Assembly (NCBI RefSeq): GCF_036321535.1
Contig: NC_087437.1
Coordinates: forward strand, 86,616,001 to 86,680,000
Direction of reading: 5' to 3'
Source of the DNA: Camelus dromedarius
Taxonomy: Eukaryota
DNA length: 64,000 bases
Part shown: positions 14,815 to 29,640 of the stretch, piece by piece
Layout of the letters: every line of letters starts with the position of its first letter
How positions within the stretch are numbered: the stretch's first letter is position 1
The notes under the pieces: model-generated
Told to the model about the DNA's origin: nothing
What the model saw: only the letters and a program-made list of their open reading frames with translations
Database searches by the model: none
Made by a program: the position numbers and the translations under genes

Positions 14815-16731
14815 TTTAATCACGTTATTGGGTATATCAGTCCTTCATTTCTTTTTATTGCTGAGTAGTGCTCCACTGTTTAGTTATACAACAATTTGTT
14901 TATTGATTCTCCTGGTGATGAACATTTGAGTCGTTTCTAAATTCAACTTTTACAAATAGAGTTGCTGTGAATATTTCTGAATAAGTCTTTGTACAGACAT
15001 ATGTTTTTATATATCTTGGGTAAATGAGTGAAATGGCTAGTTTATGTGGTTGATACATGTCTAGCTTTTTAAGAAAACACCGAATGGTTTTCTGAAGCGG
15101 TCATACCATTTTACATTTCCACTAGCAGTTTTTGAGATTTCCAGTTGCTACGTATCCTCTTAAAGACTTGATTTGTTCAATTTTTATAATTTTAGGTATT
15201 TTAAATAGGTGTAGAGTGGCTTTAATACACATTTCCTTAATAATTAATGATGTTAAACATTTTTATGTGCTTATTTGTCATCCATACATCTTCTTCGGTG
15301 AAATGTATATTCAAATATTTTGTCAATTTTTAAATTGAGTTGTTTGTTTTCTTATTTTTGATTTCTGGGAGTCCTTTATATGTTCTGGATACAAGTTCTT
15401 TACCAGGTACATTGCTTAGTAAATATATTCTTCTATTCTACAGCTTATCTTTTCATTGTCTTTGTTGTGTCATTGAAAGAGCAGAAGTTCTTGATTTTTG
15501 TGAACACAGATATATACTTTTTTTCTTTTATAAATCACACTTTTAGTGTTGTATCTGAAAAACCCTTGCTGAACCCAAAGTCATAGATTTTCTCCTAGAA
15601 ATTTTGTAGTTTAGACTTTGTGAGTCTGTGATCATTTTGAGTTAAATTTGATGGAGTGTGGTATATATAGATCAAAGGTTTCTTTTTATTTGTTTTTGTT
15701 TTTTGCACAAAATTGCTATTATTACGTAGTTGTTTGGTAGAATTCCTCAGTGGAGTCATCTGAGTCTGTAGATACCTTGGAGGGAAGGTTTTTAACAATA
15801 AATTCATTTTTTGTCTGTTTTTCTTCTGATTTCTATTTAATTGATTTCTACTTTAATCTTTCATCTTTCCCCTTTCATATCTTTCCCTTCTTTTTATAAT
15901 TTTAAGATGAGTTTCAGCTTCATTTGCTCTTTTTATTCTAATTTTTAAGGTGGAAGCTGAGGCTATTGATTTGAGACCTTTCTTTTTTAATATAGGCATT
16001 TAAGTTTATAAATTTCCCTTTAAGTTCTGTTTCTGTTGTATCTGGCACATTTTATCATACTGTGTTTTTGTTTTTATTCAGCTCAAATTTCATTCTAATT
16101 TTTTTGTTACTTTCACTCCAAGGATTATTTAGAGTGTGTTATTTAATTTTCAAATATTTGGAACTTTTCTAGAAAGATACCCTTTATTGATTTCTAATTT
16201 AATTCCATAATAAAAATATTTTACATGAAAAAATACTTTATATAATTGAAGGCTTTTAAGTCTACTGAGACTTGTTTTATGACCCAGAATATAGTCTCTT
16301 TGGGTATATGTCCCATGTGCACTTGAAATAATGTATATTCTGCTATTACTGTATGGAGTCATCTATACATGGTGCTTAGGTCAAGCTGGTTGATAATGTT
16401 GTTCAAAGCTCTGTATCCTTAAGGAATCTGTCTCTAATTGTTCTTACTGAGAGGAAGTGTTGAAATCTCTTCTTGTAATTATTTATGTTTGTTTATTTCT
16501 CCTTGCTGTTCTGTCAGTATTTTGATGGTCTTGTTTTTATTGTGTTTATGTGCATAAACATTTATGATTGTTACATCTTCCTCATGAACTGATCCCTTTA
16601 TCATTATGAATTGACCCTCTTTATCCTTGGTGATATTCTTTGCTGTGAGTAAATATTTGGAGTTACTAATATAGTCACTCCAGCTTTCTTCTGATTAGTG
16701 TTCACATGATATGGCTTTTATTTTTAACATA

Positions 16732-16774
<43 letters not shown>

Positions 16775-18015
16775 CAGCTTACATTATATTTATATACGTA
16801 TCTTTATATTTAAAGTGAGTTTCTTATTAGAAGAATTTAGGTAAGTCTTGATTTTTTTTATCCAATCTGACAATCTCTACCTCTAGTTGAGGTAGTTACT
16901 ATTTTCATTTATTGTCCTTATTGATATGAATAGATTTAAATCTACCATCTTGCTATTTGTGCCCTATTGGTTCCATGTGTTCTTTGTTCTTCATTTCCTC
17001 TTCTTCTGTTTTCCTGTCTATAAATTAATAAGTTTTATAATACCATTTTTTCTACTCTGTTGGTTTATTCATGTTAACCTTTTGTTGTGTTAATTTTAGT
17101 GGTTGCTTTAGGGCTTCTGGTGTACATCTTTAATTTATTAGTTTATGTCTAAGCAATACGTCATTCCTTCACATATACTATAAGCTTGGCTTTTTAATGG
17201 TGAGAAATCTGCTGCCATCTTTACCTTTATTCTTCTGAATGCAATGTATCTTTTTCATCTCGTAGTTTTAAGATCTTGTTTTTTGTCACTAGTTTCAAGA
17301 AATTTGAATATGGTGTGCCTTGATTAACTTTTCTTTGTGTTTGGTATACTTGAGTTCATTGAACTTCTTGAAACTCTGATTTGTGCTGTACATCAAATTT
17401 GGAAATTTTTCTTTAATAGTTTTTGTTTTCCTATTCTCTTTTCTTGAAACTCCAATTACATGTATATTAGGCCATTTGAAGTGGCTCCAGAGTTCACTGA
17501 TGCTGAATGTATTTCTTTTTTTTCCCAGTTTTTTCCTCCCTGTGCTTCATTTTGTAAAGTTACTATTTGCTATTTCTTCAAGTTCACTAATCTTTTTTCT
17601 TCCATGTATTATCTGCCATTAATCCCACATGGTATATTTTTGACTCAGATATTGTCATTTTCATCTAAGATGAAGTTCTGTTGAATCATTTTTTATATTT
17701 TTCTTGTCTTAGTAACATGTTCAATCTTTTTTCTAGCTTCTTGAACATATAGAATATTGTTATAATAACTGTTTAAATATTCTTATCTGCTAATTCTAAC
17801 TTCTATTTCATTTCTGAATGCTTTTGAACTGAATATTTAGAAGAGATCTCAAACTTAAGTTGTTCAGAAATGATCCTTTATTTTTTTCCTCTACTACTAT
17901 ACCCACAGTTTTCTATCATATTTTTATCGATCGTTCATTTGTTTTTGATCCATTTTTGAGTTAATTTTTGTATGTAGTATAAGATAAGGATCCAACTTCA
18001 TTCTTTTGCATTCCA
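14815..18015 (-). mobile_element. Cluster of antisense L1M fragments (ORF2/ORF1 regions)
   Basis: T-rich L1 antisense text. Minus-strand ORF remnant SSAHGTYTQRDYILGHKTSLSRLK (16150-16362) is L1 endonuclease-like. Confidence 0.85.
16733..16773. repeat. (AC)~20 microsatellite
   Basis: Directly visible. Confidence 0.98.
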
Positions 18016-18449
18016 TACATTTTTATCCATAGATATTCATTTATCCATAGATAACTTATCCATATTTATTCTAATTTGGAATTTTTTTTGTTTTGTGTGT
18101 TTACTGCTATAGTCCTAGCATGTAAAATAGTTTTGGTCACATAGTAGGAACTTGTTAAGTATTTGTAAAATACATGACGTTAATGCTAAATGCTTTACAG
18201 AATAGGTAGCTATGGGTCAGAAAACTAATTAATGTATAACTTGTGCTGTTAAAGCTTTCTCAAATTGGCCCCAATCAGGTGAGACAAACCACACAATAAT
18301 TTGAACAGAGAATGCTTAAAGAGGAAAGCTTAAAGAATTGTTTACAATAACAGGGGATTGGAGTAATGAGATGTTGGGTAATAAAAAGTAAAGAGAGCTC
18401 TAAATGATACATAAATACCAGATATAAGAAGCAGTCTCTAACGCTAGGG

Positions 18450-18960
18450 CTGGGATTTTTCATCCAAGGAAGAGGCTCCCAGGGATGAGATTTAGACCTT
18501 GTTAGAGAGGGTGGTGCTTTGGTTCACTGAGCAGCAGAGAAGTCTCCATAGTACCCAACTGACAGAACTTGCTAGAAGTCTGCCCTCAAGTTTGCTGGGG
18601 AAATCTGCTGACAAGGAGGCACTTCACCAGGGACTCTGCTACAGTATTGTATGAGAGAGATGCAGGGGCAGCTGCTGGCCGCTGAGTGCTGCTGTCACCA
18701 TGTACTGCAGGACCTGGGCACTGGAGAAGCTCTGAGAGCTGCAGGAACCTGAAGAGAAAGCGGCCCTGCATGTGGCAGGATCTGCCGTCTGAACAACCAG
18801 ACCCAGGAGGCAAACAACTTTTTTCCTCTTTCAATGTCTTTTCAGATTTCAGTGCTAGTCGGTAAAAGGGGAAGAATGTTTAAGGGGTCCATATCCATTA
18901 TCACAGAGCTGTCTAATAGGCTAATCTGAAATTGAGAGGCAATAAATTGATAAGCGGTGT
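18450..18960. mobile_element. MaLR LTR-like fragment
   Basis: Locally GC-richer, with MLT-like text 'gcaggaacctgaagagaaagcggccc' and 'gaaattgagaggcaataaattgataa'. Confidence 0.4.
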
Positions 18961-19423
18961 CCTTTCTGTACAAATGATATGTATTTCCTGTTAGTTCCTG
19001 AAATATTTTTAAACTGGGATTGTTTGACCCATAATATAAGGCAAGAGATTATATGATTTTTCTTTTACAAGTTATTCTGCTAAAGAATCAGCCAAGGTAG
19101 CCATCTAATATTTGGAAGGAAGTCCAAGAGAGGGAACAACTGAGTACTTTCTTTGGCTGTGTGGCTATATTGATCCAGAGAGAGGATTTATTTAGTCAGG
19201 GACACCTGAAAAATGTTAGTGAGTTTCTGCTCAAAAATATGACTTTTCAAATATCCCAAATTGATACTTTCTTCCTAATTGACTTAAAGAATCTTACAGA
19301 TAATTAAATTTTGACTCAAGTTTCTAAATTTGTAGGTTTTGGTCTTCAAAGTATATGCGTTAATTCTTGAGATTTTCCTCCCAGCTTATTTTATATATAA
19401 AATAACATACAGTACAAGTGCTT

Positions 19424-20340
19424 TCTTTAAAATTAATAGACTTTATATTTTAGAGCAGCTTTGGGTTCACAGCAAAATTGAGTGGGAAGTAAGGAGAGTT
19501 CCCGCATACCTCTTCCCCAGGCACATACACAGCTTTCTCCACCCTCAACATTCTGCACCAGAGTGGCATATTTGTTACACTCTGATGAACCAACATTGAC
19601 ACATTATTAGCAACCGATGTCCTTAGTTTACATTAGGGTTCACTATCTGTACATTGTACATTCTGTGAGTTTCGACAAATGTGTGATGGGATGCATCCAC
19701 CATTATAGTGTTGTACAGAATAGTTTCACTGCGCTAAAAACCCCTTGTGCTTCACTTATTCATCGCTCCTGCTCCCCTACACACACTCTCAATACCCCTG
19801 GCAACTACTGATCTTTTCATTGTCTCTATTGTTTTGCCTTTTCTGGAATGTCATATAGTTGGAATCATGCAAGATACAGTCTTTAGGATTGGCTTCTTTT
19901 ACTTAATAGTAAGCATTTAAGATTCTTCTAGGTATTTTAATGGCTTGATAGCTCTTTTCTTTTTAGCTCTGAGTAATATACTCATTGTATGGACGTACCA
20001 GAGTTTATTTAGCTATTCATTTATATAAAAACGTTTTGATTGCTTCTGAGTATTGGCAATTATGAGTAAAGCAACTGTAAACATCCCTGTGCAGGTTTTT
20101 GTGTGTGTGGACATGAGTTTTCAACTAATTTGGGTAAATACCAAGGGGCATATTGCTGGATTATATATTAGGAGTGTGTTTAGTTCTGTAAGAAACCATC
20201 AAACTTTTCCAAAGTGACTGTACTATTTTGCATTCCCACCAGCAATGAATGAAAGTTCCTTTACTCCACATCTTCATTAGCATTTGGTGTTGTCAGTGTT
20301 TTGGATTTTAGTTATTCTAACAGATGTATAGTGGGTATAC
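19424..20340 (-). mobile_element. L1MB-type 3' end
   Basis: 'aatagactttatattttagagcagctttgggttcacagcaaaattgag' through 'tttgcattcccaccagcaatgaatgaaagttcc'. Confidence 0.9.
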
Positions 20341-21089
20341 ATGTTTTTAATTGAGCAACTGTTTCTGTTTCTTTATTAGCTTCTTAATTTACTACCTTTT
20401 ATAGTTATAGACATAGAGATAAATATGATTAAGAAGTATTTAAAATTTTTTATTTTAGGGAGAAAAATGGAAATGTTCTGTTGCTTTCACATTCGTCTAG
20501 GCAACTATTGCACAACATTTTAATATTTAGCATTCATTTATAAGTTCCAGAACAGTACCATCAACAAGAACATCAGAACAATTTGCTTTTTAAAGGATGT
20601 AAAATGAAATTTATTTTTTCATTTTTTTTCATTCTGTCTTGAGATTTCCCTTGTGGTTTGTGAAATTTAGGAAATTTTTGATGACTTTTACTTTGCTATT
20701 ATTTTGTAACCTGGGTCTTCAAATGGTCTCATACATCAAAGGAAAGAATGCTGTCTCCAGGGAGCTTTAGCCAGCCTTTGGACTGCTGAAGTCAATTTCA
20801 AAGAAGTTCTCATTTTTTCCTAATGCATATGTAAGTTAGGATCACATTTGTTTGAGTTACCATCTGAAAAGGGATAAATTGTTTCATGCATTATAATACA
20901 CTTGAATACTTTGGGTCATATTTTGTAACATAATTTTTTAATATGCAGGACTAAATTGAAGACAATGATATTGGGTATCAGGATGATTTCTAGGAAGTGA
21001 CCCACAGCTTCATGGAATTTTGAAACTTCTTAGTTTGAAGGTTAGAATACTTCCATTTAGAAAATATTTTCTATTGTGATATCAGTATG

Positions 21090-21630
21090 ACACTTTCATG
21101 TATTGCTAAGGATACACATTTTGTAGTCAAATACATATGGGTTCAATTCAGCTTGAATCTCTACCGGCTGGGAGACTTTGGCAGTCTCAAACTCTTAGAT
21201 CCCTATTTTCCTTATATGAAATATGGTTGTTAATACTTAATTGCCCTGTAATTATAAGCAATGGATTCAACACAAATAAAGCCTTTTGGTATACTTAGTA
21301 CTATTAAGCATTCAACAAATGATGGCTATTTTTTGTTAAAGAATTTATAAAGCTAAAATGATTAATATTAGATTACTTGGATTTAGTGAATAATGATTGA
21401 ATAGATGCATTGATAAAGTTATGAGGTAGTATCTGGATATTTCTGGATATGATACTCTTTGATATACTTTTTGAATGAGCTATGCCTGTTCCCTCCTATA
21501 TAAAATGGAGATAATTATACCTAGTGCACAGATTCATTGTAAAAAACAAAATATATCTAAAGATCTTAGAATAGTATGTGACATTTTAATCATGCAGAAT
21601 CATTTAATTGGTAGTATTATAGTTGTTATT
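21090..21630 (+). mobile_element. Two degenerate MIR SINEs
   Basis: 'tgggttcaattcagct...ttcctt', and 'cctgttccctcctatataaaatggagataattataccta'. Confidence 0.6.
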
Positions 21631-23111
21631 TCCTGTTTCAGATGCTAAACTAATGTAGTCTACCCTCCACTAATCTAGCAGGGGTTAATTATACTTCTCA
21701 GTGTTATATGCTGCCCCAATAGCTGAAAATACTAAAATTGGAGGGTGTGAACATTTCAGGAAAATGGATTTCTAAACAAGTTTCATGAAAGGCAAAACCA
21801 TAGTCTGAAACATATAGGCACAATGTCCTTAGGCCAATTTGATTGTTGAGCATTTATTCTCAAGAGTAAATGAGGGCAAGCAAATTACCACAAACATAAC
21901 ATGCCTACCAGCCATAGGCCAAGGCCCAGTCAGTCACATTCAGTAACCACTCATTCCCTCCAGTTGGATGGTCAGTAGAAGACAATGGACATGTTGGGTG
22001 GTAATGAGAGACAAGCCTGGAAAAATACAGGAGCTAGTTGATAGAAGGCCTTGGTCTTGATAAATGTGCATAGGAAAGTTCCATTTCCTAACCAGATGTA
22101 TGTTGCATATGGAAGTAGCTTTTTCTCTCTAAGAGAGGTTCATATTCAACAGTGCATCATGTAACATTAGAGAAGAAATTTATTTTCAATATGAATAAGA
22201 GATATAAATTGATTAGAGTGTTTCTGAACTCAATACAGAATCTCACCATTTAAGATATTCTTAATAAAGGCCCTTAAATATTAACTTTTCTTTGGTTTTA
22301 CATTTATTTGAATCATCACATAGGAAAAAATAAAAGACTGAATATCAGTATCAACAAGCCTTTTAGTATTTGTTTATCTAAGAAATTGCAAACAGTACCA
22401 TCTTTCAGGCCACATTACTACTCTATCAGAATTTTTAATTTGATTATCAGAAAATGGATTTGCAAATGGAAAACTAAGAATACACAACAATTTTAGAGTT
22501 TAAGATCCAATTGGTGCTATTTATATAACAGGAATGTTCAAGAATTAAATCTTTTCAAGATCATGTCTGCAATAGCAGAAATCAATTGTTTTTTTTTTTT
22601 TTTTTTTTACCTTACATCTCTAGAACTCTATTATGGTGATAATACATAGTTACATTTGAATAGTTGTCAGATGGTCATTGATTTCTCAAAATTTAGAAGG
22701 CTTGAATAAGTAATACTTGTATGATCATAATTTTAATTTCCAAGAAGAGGCTTCGTGAGCCATTATTTTCACAGGATGATGAATTCAGCAGTCAAAGAAC
22801 AGGTTTGTAGGATGGAAGGGTTGGCAAACAGCACATCTGGTGGTTCATATTTCTTGGAGACTTTACACTTGTCCTTAGTCTTCATCTGTCAGATTCAGAT
22901 TTATTTCAAGTAGGAGTCTAGCTGAAAGCAGGTGCTGTTTTTCATATTCTTATGTAATATTTTATGTCTTTAGGGAGGAAAATAATATAATATGGCATCT
23001 TGTTGAAATGCTTGGGGGACATGTTCCTGAGAGCCTTACAGTTTCTCATACTTGGTGCTTGTTCATATGGCACCTTAAAGAGCTTCAAGGAGCACCCTTA
23101 ATACTTGCTTT

Positions 23112-23200
23112 AAGAATATTCTCCCCAGCTTTACTGGGATATAATTGACAAGTAAAATGGTATATATTTGAAGTGTACAACATGATGATTTGGTATATTT
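23112..23200 (-). mobile_element. Short L1MA 3' terminal fragment
   Basis: 'cagctttactgggatataattgacaagtaaaatggtatatatttgaagtgtacaacatgatgatttg'. Confidence 0.75.
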
Positions 23201-25386
23201 GCTTTTATTTTTAAAAAATGCTTTGATCACCAATTTGGTTTTGGCCAACTTTTGGGCTAATCTAAATTAGCTTTTTACCAATGTAACTTAGATATTGAGG
23301 ACTACATTTTAAGTAGAACTTTAGTTTACTATGACTAACTGCTCAGTACACTTACTACATTGCAGTGCTACTATTTTATAAACTCCCTGAGGGCATAGAT
23401 CTAGACCAAGTCTTTAGTATCATTTATGACAAATACTATGAATTTACAAATTGATTAAATAGCTTTATTGACCTAATCAATGAGATTGGCAAATTCTGTG
23501 TTATTATGTAATCCATATTCAGAATATATTCAGGTACATAATATAACATATAGCTATATGACTAGAGATGTAATTGTGGCATATTTTCATGCACTTTAAC
23601 TATTTTCCATTGAAAGCAATATTACAGAACTTTTGAAAAATCCCTATAAATTCAAAAGCAATTATTTTTTGTATTTGTGATTTTTAATTTTGACTTAGGC
23701 AAAGGCTGTAAAGAGTTCAATTATAGTATTTCTTTTACATTTTATAGGAAAATGAAAAATAACTTACTAGTTTTTTTTTTATTGCAGATGTGGTATAGTC
23801 AATCTATGATACATGATTGTCTTTTATTGCTAACCATTCTAGCTCTCCTTTATTTTCCAATGAGTAGAACTGTTTCCAGAATTTTGTCCTTTGCTCATCC
23901 ATAATTACTAGTGATTACATATTTTATGGAATTACATTTTGTTTAGATTCTGAACTAATACAACTAAAATTTTTCTTTCACTGTCATAGGTAAATACAGA
24001 GGTATTCTTAAATCACACAAGTGCATTCCTTTATTACAACTTAATATTAATTTTCCTCTTTCCTTCTTCAATTAATCTTACTAAATCCATTATATATTCT
24101 ATTTATATAGCAAAATATCAAAGGAAATCTCAAATTCAGTATAGCTTGCTGAAAAATTTCAGTTTATTAACATTCTCTAGGTTTATATTTAAAAAAATCC
24201 TGGTTAACAATCCAGAATGTTGAACTTTCTCCATGCTGTTTACATGACAACAAATAAGTATTTGGGAAAGAGATTAAACTTGATTTTGTCTTGGGTCTCT
24301 GTCAGCTCTAAAATTTCCATGATTCTCCAATTTTTGTTATTTCTCTTCAATTTGCTTAGTATAAAATTTTAGGAGAATAATTTTTTAAGATATTTGGTCA
24401 TGGGAAAAGAATTTTAGCCATTAAAGGACTGTTATGCTATGTGCTAATAAAAAAGACAAGAGACAGACAACAACCTTTTATTGTCTACTCATATATCACT
24501 ATAGCAAAAAATGAAATGAACTCCAAATTACCACAATGACATACTGAACTACTGCTCCCCTTGCTGTACCTAACAAATAGTGCTCAAGAGACTGTTACAA
24601 TAAACAGAAGTAAAGGAGTAATAGTTTTGTATTTTGCTGTGTTTTTCCTTTTTTTCCTTCTTATATAAAAAACTTCATCCTAGTACACATGAGGTACTCA
24701 TCTGCCAGAGCAGAAACAAGGACTTGGTAAAATAAATAGAGAAGAATAATTAGTAAAATGTGATTTTCATATTCAAGTTTGGATTATAAGACTGAATAAG
24801 AGACCTTCAAGCTAGGGTATCATCTAAAGAAATTTCTCTCTCAATTTTTGTATCTATCTGGGCCGTAAAGAGACCTCTGTCCTTGATAAAGTATATAATT
24901 GTTGCAAGGGCAATAGGCTGATCTGTGGGACCGAGAAAAGAGAAAGAGGGGAGAAAAAGGCCAGAGAACAATTTTGTCCCATCGAAGACAGAAGAATACT
25001 GTTAGATAATGATGCCCAAGGTAGAGTTAGAGGCTTGTGCCTAACTCAGTTTTGAGAACACTGAAAGGATATGATCTCACAGCAGGATCTCTGTATCAAT
25101 GCGGGATGTGAGATTACTTACTTAATAGTGCATTTTTAATGGTAGAGGGAGCTCCTGAGGCTTAGCAGTCCCCTGCTCCTTTCATTTCTTAGGTCTCAGG
25201 CAAGAAGTAGTAGACATTTTGGCTAAGAAGATTCCAAGTGAGGATATGATGGTGGGGGTGTGGTGGCTCTGTGCCTGCAGCCATAGAACTAAACTCATGA
25301 GCTGGGACAAATGAAAGTCACTGCCAGATTCCAGAGGTCTGTAGCATTAGCAACAGCTGGGTTCTAAGAAAGGACACCTGGCTTTG

Positions 25387-25426
25387 ATTGGCAAAGAACA
25401 TTGGCAAAGAACATTGGCAAAGAACA
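25387..25426. repeat. Perfect 13-bp x3 tandem repeat (ATTGGCAAAGAAC)
   Basis: Directly visible. Confidence 0.95.
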
Positions 25427-26479
25427 GATTCAGCCGTGAGGAGCAGCTCAGGTGGACCAGGGACAGCAGGAGGGGACAGGAGGTAGAAGCCCCCTTCTCT
25501 GCCACTGCAGGGAGGATGAATAAACCTCCTTTACTGCTTATGTTCACCTCCCATTTCAGGGAGACATGCAAGGCGCCAGGAGGCCTATGTAAGAGATTGA
25601 GCAACTGAACTTCTATTTTCCATAGCTCACGGAACAGTGTCTATCAGAAATGTTTTAGTTACAAGACTGGGCTAAATTTAAAACATAAGATTAAAAGTTT
25701 TTCCTCTCCTTCAGTAAATTATGAGAAAAACTTTTAAAGAAGATCAAATCAGCCACATACAAGAAAATAATTTTTTAAATTTGTATCTCTGAATTGTTTG
25801 AGGTTTGTATCAGTGCTTCACAGTATGAGATTAAAATGGCAGGTTTTTATTCAAAGATACAATTTGATTGTAGTTTGGACACATTTGCAACAAATATTAT
25901 CTGCATGTAGTTTCAGATACTGCTTTACTGTTTTGAGGAAAATAAATTTCCTTGGCACAAGCAGTCTCTAGAGTTTTAAATTGTTCTCATTCTTAGTGAG
26001 GCCTAAATATATGTTTTGCATCTAGGAGGTTTCATAGAAGCCTTACTGCTTGTCTGTTTATATGCACACGGCCTCTCTCACCCCTGCCTTTTTAAGATGC
26101 AACTGTCTGCTTGTAGTCATTGTGATCTCGGAGGCTGAGAGATCTTTTTCATAATAGATTTTGCAACTGGGCTCCCAAAAACATATATCCCTTTTTTTGA
26201 ACACTATACAGGGGCACATCTTGTATAATACACACATGTACACATCCACGCACATAGTCTATTTTTAAATTTGTGTAAATTATTTTAAACTATATGAACA
26301 TTAGAGGAGAGAACAGTATATAATTAAAAAATACTAAAAAGATTAATCCAGAAAAATATTAGATTTATACTAAAAAGTTATGAAAATAATTTTATTAATT
26401 GAAAAAATCCAGTTTTCTGTATAAAAGATGATTTTTTAAAAAATTGTAAGAGAAAAAAATGTCAAGCTTTGAAATCTAG

Positions 26480-27660
26480 TTTTGATAGTTTCCTTGTTTT
26501 CCACTATGACAATATGTTGTAGGCTCACATTTGGCATTTCTTGACTCAGATCTGGTATCACACACTTTCCCAAGGATGCCAGTGTTTGTTAGTGGGAAAT
26601 CATATCTAGATAGTCTTTTCAGTAGCCTGAGCTACAAAATATGTGTATTTTAACAGAAAATATATCATGCATTCTTACTATTACTTCCAATTCAAATTGA
26701 GGACTAAAGAGATGTTATTAAACTCATCCATCTTACATTTATATCTCCTTTTCTCCTATTCTTAATGACTCATTTGATTTATTCCACAGCACATACATAC
26801 ATACATACATTCACACCAGGCCCAGAACAAAACTAACATCATTATCATAATAAACAAACTACAGAAAGGAATGTACTATTTTTGAAGTTCTTTTTCTTTC
26901 TAGGGTATATGCACAGTCAAATCTCTGTGTTTTGAAGTCAATTTGTGATTATGCCACTAACTTGATATGCAGTTTGGTTCATTTGTTTCATTTACTTTTA
27001 ATGTTTATGGATAACATAAAATGTAATTTTGTTTTATGTTTAAGATTTCAAGTGAAATCTACATACATAGCATATGCAGAGAATTCTAGCTCCTATTAAG
27101 TCCCTTGTTTGTTTCTCCACATACCCCCCCCACCCTACAACCATAGCTAACTTTATTTTTATGTTTTTCCATCCATTTCTTAAAAAATATAATTTGGAAA
27201 AATTTCAATTTACAAAATGTCTACAGGTATAGCTCAGAGTACTGCATACCAGTCACCCAGAGAGCCCCACTCCTGTTTTGTCAGTTGCCCTATGAATCAA
27301 TACTGGATCATGAAATGCTCACAGTTGTTATGTCTTTCTAGTCTCCTAGTTCCTCATTTTTCCTTGACTTTCATGACCTTGACATTTTTGAATATGCAAG
27401 CCAGTCATTTAGTGAAATATTACTCAATTTATAGTTGTCTGATGTTTCCTACTGTGTAGCTTCTGGTTATCCATTTGGGGCAGAGGTAGCATAGAATTTG
27501 ACGCTGTGTTCTCATTGCATCCTATCAAGTGGTGTAAAACTTGATTAAAAAAGGATTAAGTTTTTGCAGAATAGAGTTACTCTGTTTATTTGTTATTTTT
27601 CTTTATTATTAGTAATAAATAGTTTGTGAGTAGATAGCTTGAGATTATGTAAATATTTCA
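26480..27660 (-). mobile_element. Old L1MC/MD/ME 3'-region fragments
   Basis: 'ccttgactttcatgaccttgacatttttgaat', 'tgtgttctcattgcatcctatca', 'ttacttccaattcaaatt'. Confidence 0.6.
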
Positions 27661-27718
27661 TTGAATTTTTAAAAATTTTATTGAATAAATAAGATTGATT
27701 TTATTTATTAATTTTATC

Positions 27719-28845
27719 TTTTTATTGAAGTATAGTGGATTTACAATATTGTGTTGATTTCAGGTGTACAGCATAGTGATTCAGTATTTTTGCAGATTAT
27801 ATTCCAGTATTGGTATTACAAGATAATAGGTAAAACACTGTGCTATACAGTATATCTTTGTTGTTTATCCATTTACATATAGTAGTTTGTATCTGTTAAT
27901 CCCATACCCCTTATTTATCCCTGCACCCTTCCCTCTCCCCTTTGGCAACCACAAGTCTTTTTTCTATGTCTTTGAGTCTGTTTCTGGTTTATATATATCT
28001 TTATTTGTATTATTTTTTAGATTCTACATAAAAGTGATATTGTATAGTATTTGCCTTTCTTTGACTTATTTCACTAAACATAATATTCTCTAGGTCCATC
28101 CATGTTGCTGCAAATGGCATTATTTCACTCTTTTTTATGGCTGAGTAATATTCCACCATATTCTTCTTAATCCAGTTTTCTTAATCTGTCAATAGACTTC
28201 CATGTCTTGACTATTGTAAATAGTGCTGCTATGAACATTGAGGTTTATTTATCTTTTCAAATTAGTGTTTTCATTTTTTTCCAGATTTATACTCTGGAGT
28301 GGGATTGCTAGATCATATGGTCATTCTCTTTTTAGTTTTTTAAAGGAGCTTCCATGCTGTTTTCCATGGTGGCTGCACCAATTTATATTCTCACCAGCAG
28401 TGTATGAGAGTCCCTTTTCTTCTACATCCTCTTCAACATTTGTTATTTGTAGACTTTTTGATAATAGCCATTCTGATTTGTATAAGGTAAGACTTCATTG
28501 TAGTTTTGATTTGCATTTCTCTAATAATTAGTTATGTTGAGCATCTTTTTTATGTGCCTGTTAGCCATCTGTATGTCTTTTTTGGAAAAATGTCTATTCA
28601 AATATTCTGCCCATTTTTTGATTGGATTTTTGTTGTTCTTGTTGATTTGTATGAACTGTTTGTATATTTTAGATGTTAATCCCTCATTTGCAAATATTTT
28701 CCCCATTCTGTATGTTGTCTTTTCCTTTTGTCAATGGTTTTCTTTACTCTGCAAAAGCTTTTAATTTTAATTAGATCCCATTTGTTTGTTTTTGATTTTT
28801 CTTTTGCCTTAGGAAACTGACTTGAGGAAAAATTACTATGATTTT
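27719..28845 (-). mobile_element. Artiodactyl-type L1, 5'-truncated
   Basis: Starts 'ttttattgaagtatagtggatttacaatattgtgt'. Minus [32 protein letters not shown] is L1 ORF2 C-terminal. Confidence 0.93.
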
Positions 28846-29204
28846 ACTGAATATTCTGAAATAATTATTGCTAGAGTGGTTGACAAATTGTGATTATCTA
28901 ACTCCACATTCTGTTTTTTGTTATCCTACTATACAGGTGAACTTTGTCTTCTCCCTTTCTTCTCTTTCTTATTTACTAGTTGTTTTATCTGTGTGAACAC
29001 ATGAAATCATATTATATTCATTAAATTATAATATGTCAGTGTCTATTTATCTACCCATTTTAAGTGTAAAACAGATGAAGTTTTATAAATTTGTTATATG
29101 TTTTGATAGTCAACTTTTTTCAGACTTGCCGGGAGAGCCCCTTCAAGCTGGCTTCAGCATTGTTTTGATATGTTCCGTTATGCCTTGAGTACTTTTTTAA
29201 TTTT

Positions 29205-29640
29205 GAGATTTATTCTAAGGAATTGGTTCACTGATTATGGAGGCTGGGAAGTCCCACAGTCTTAACATCTGCAAGCCAGAGACCCAGGAAAGCTTGTGTT
29301 CTAGTTTGAAGGCCTGAAATCCAGAAAACCAGTGGTATAGATTCCAGTCTGAGATTGAAGGCTCAAGAACCAGGAGCATCAAGGGCAGGAGAAGACTGAT
29401 GCCTAGCTCAGCCAGGCAGAGAGAATTCACCTTTTTCTTCCTTTTTGTTCTATTCAGGCCCTCAACAGATTGGATGATATCCATCTACACTGAAGAGGGC
29501 CACCTACTTCACTTATTCTACCAATTCAAATACAAATCTCTTCTGAGAACACCTTCCCAGACATACCCAGAAATAATGTTTAACTAGGTATCTGGGCATC
29601 AAGTGTCCCAGTCAAGTTGATGCATAAAATTAACTCTGTA
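29205..29640. mobile_element. MLT2-type ERVL LTR
   Basis: 'aggaattggttcactgattatggaggctgggaagtcccaca...ttcaggccctcaacagattggatgat...cccagtcaagttgatgcataaaattaac'. Confidence 0.85.
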
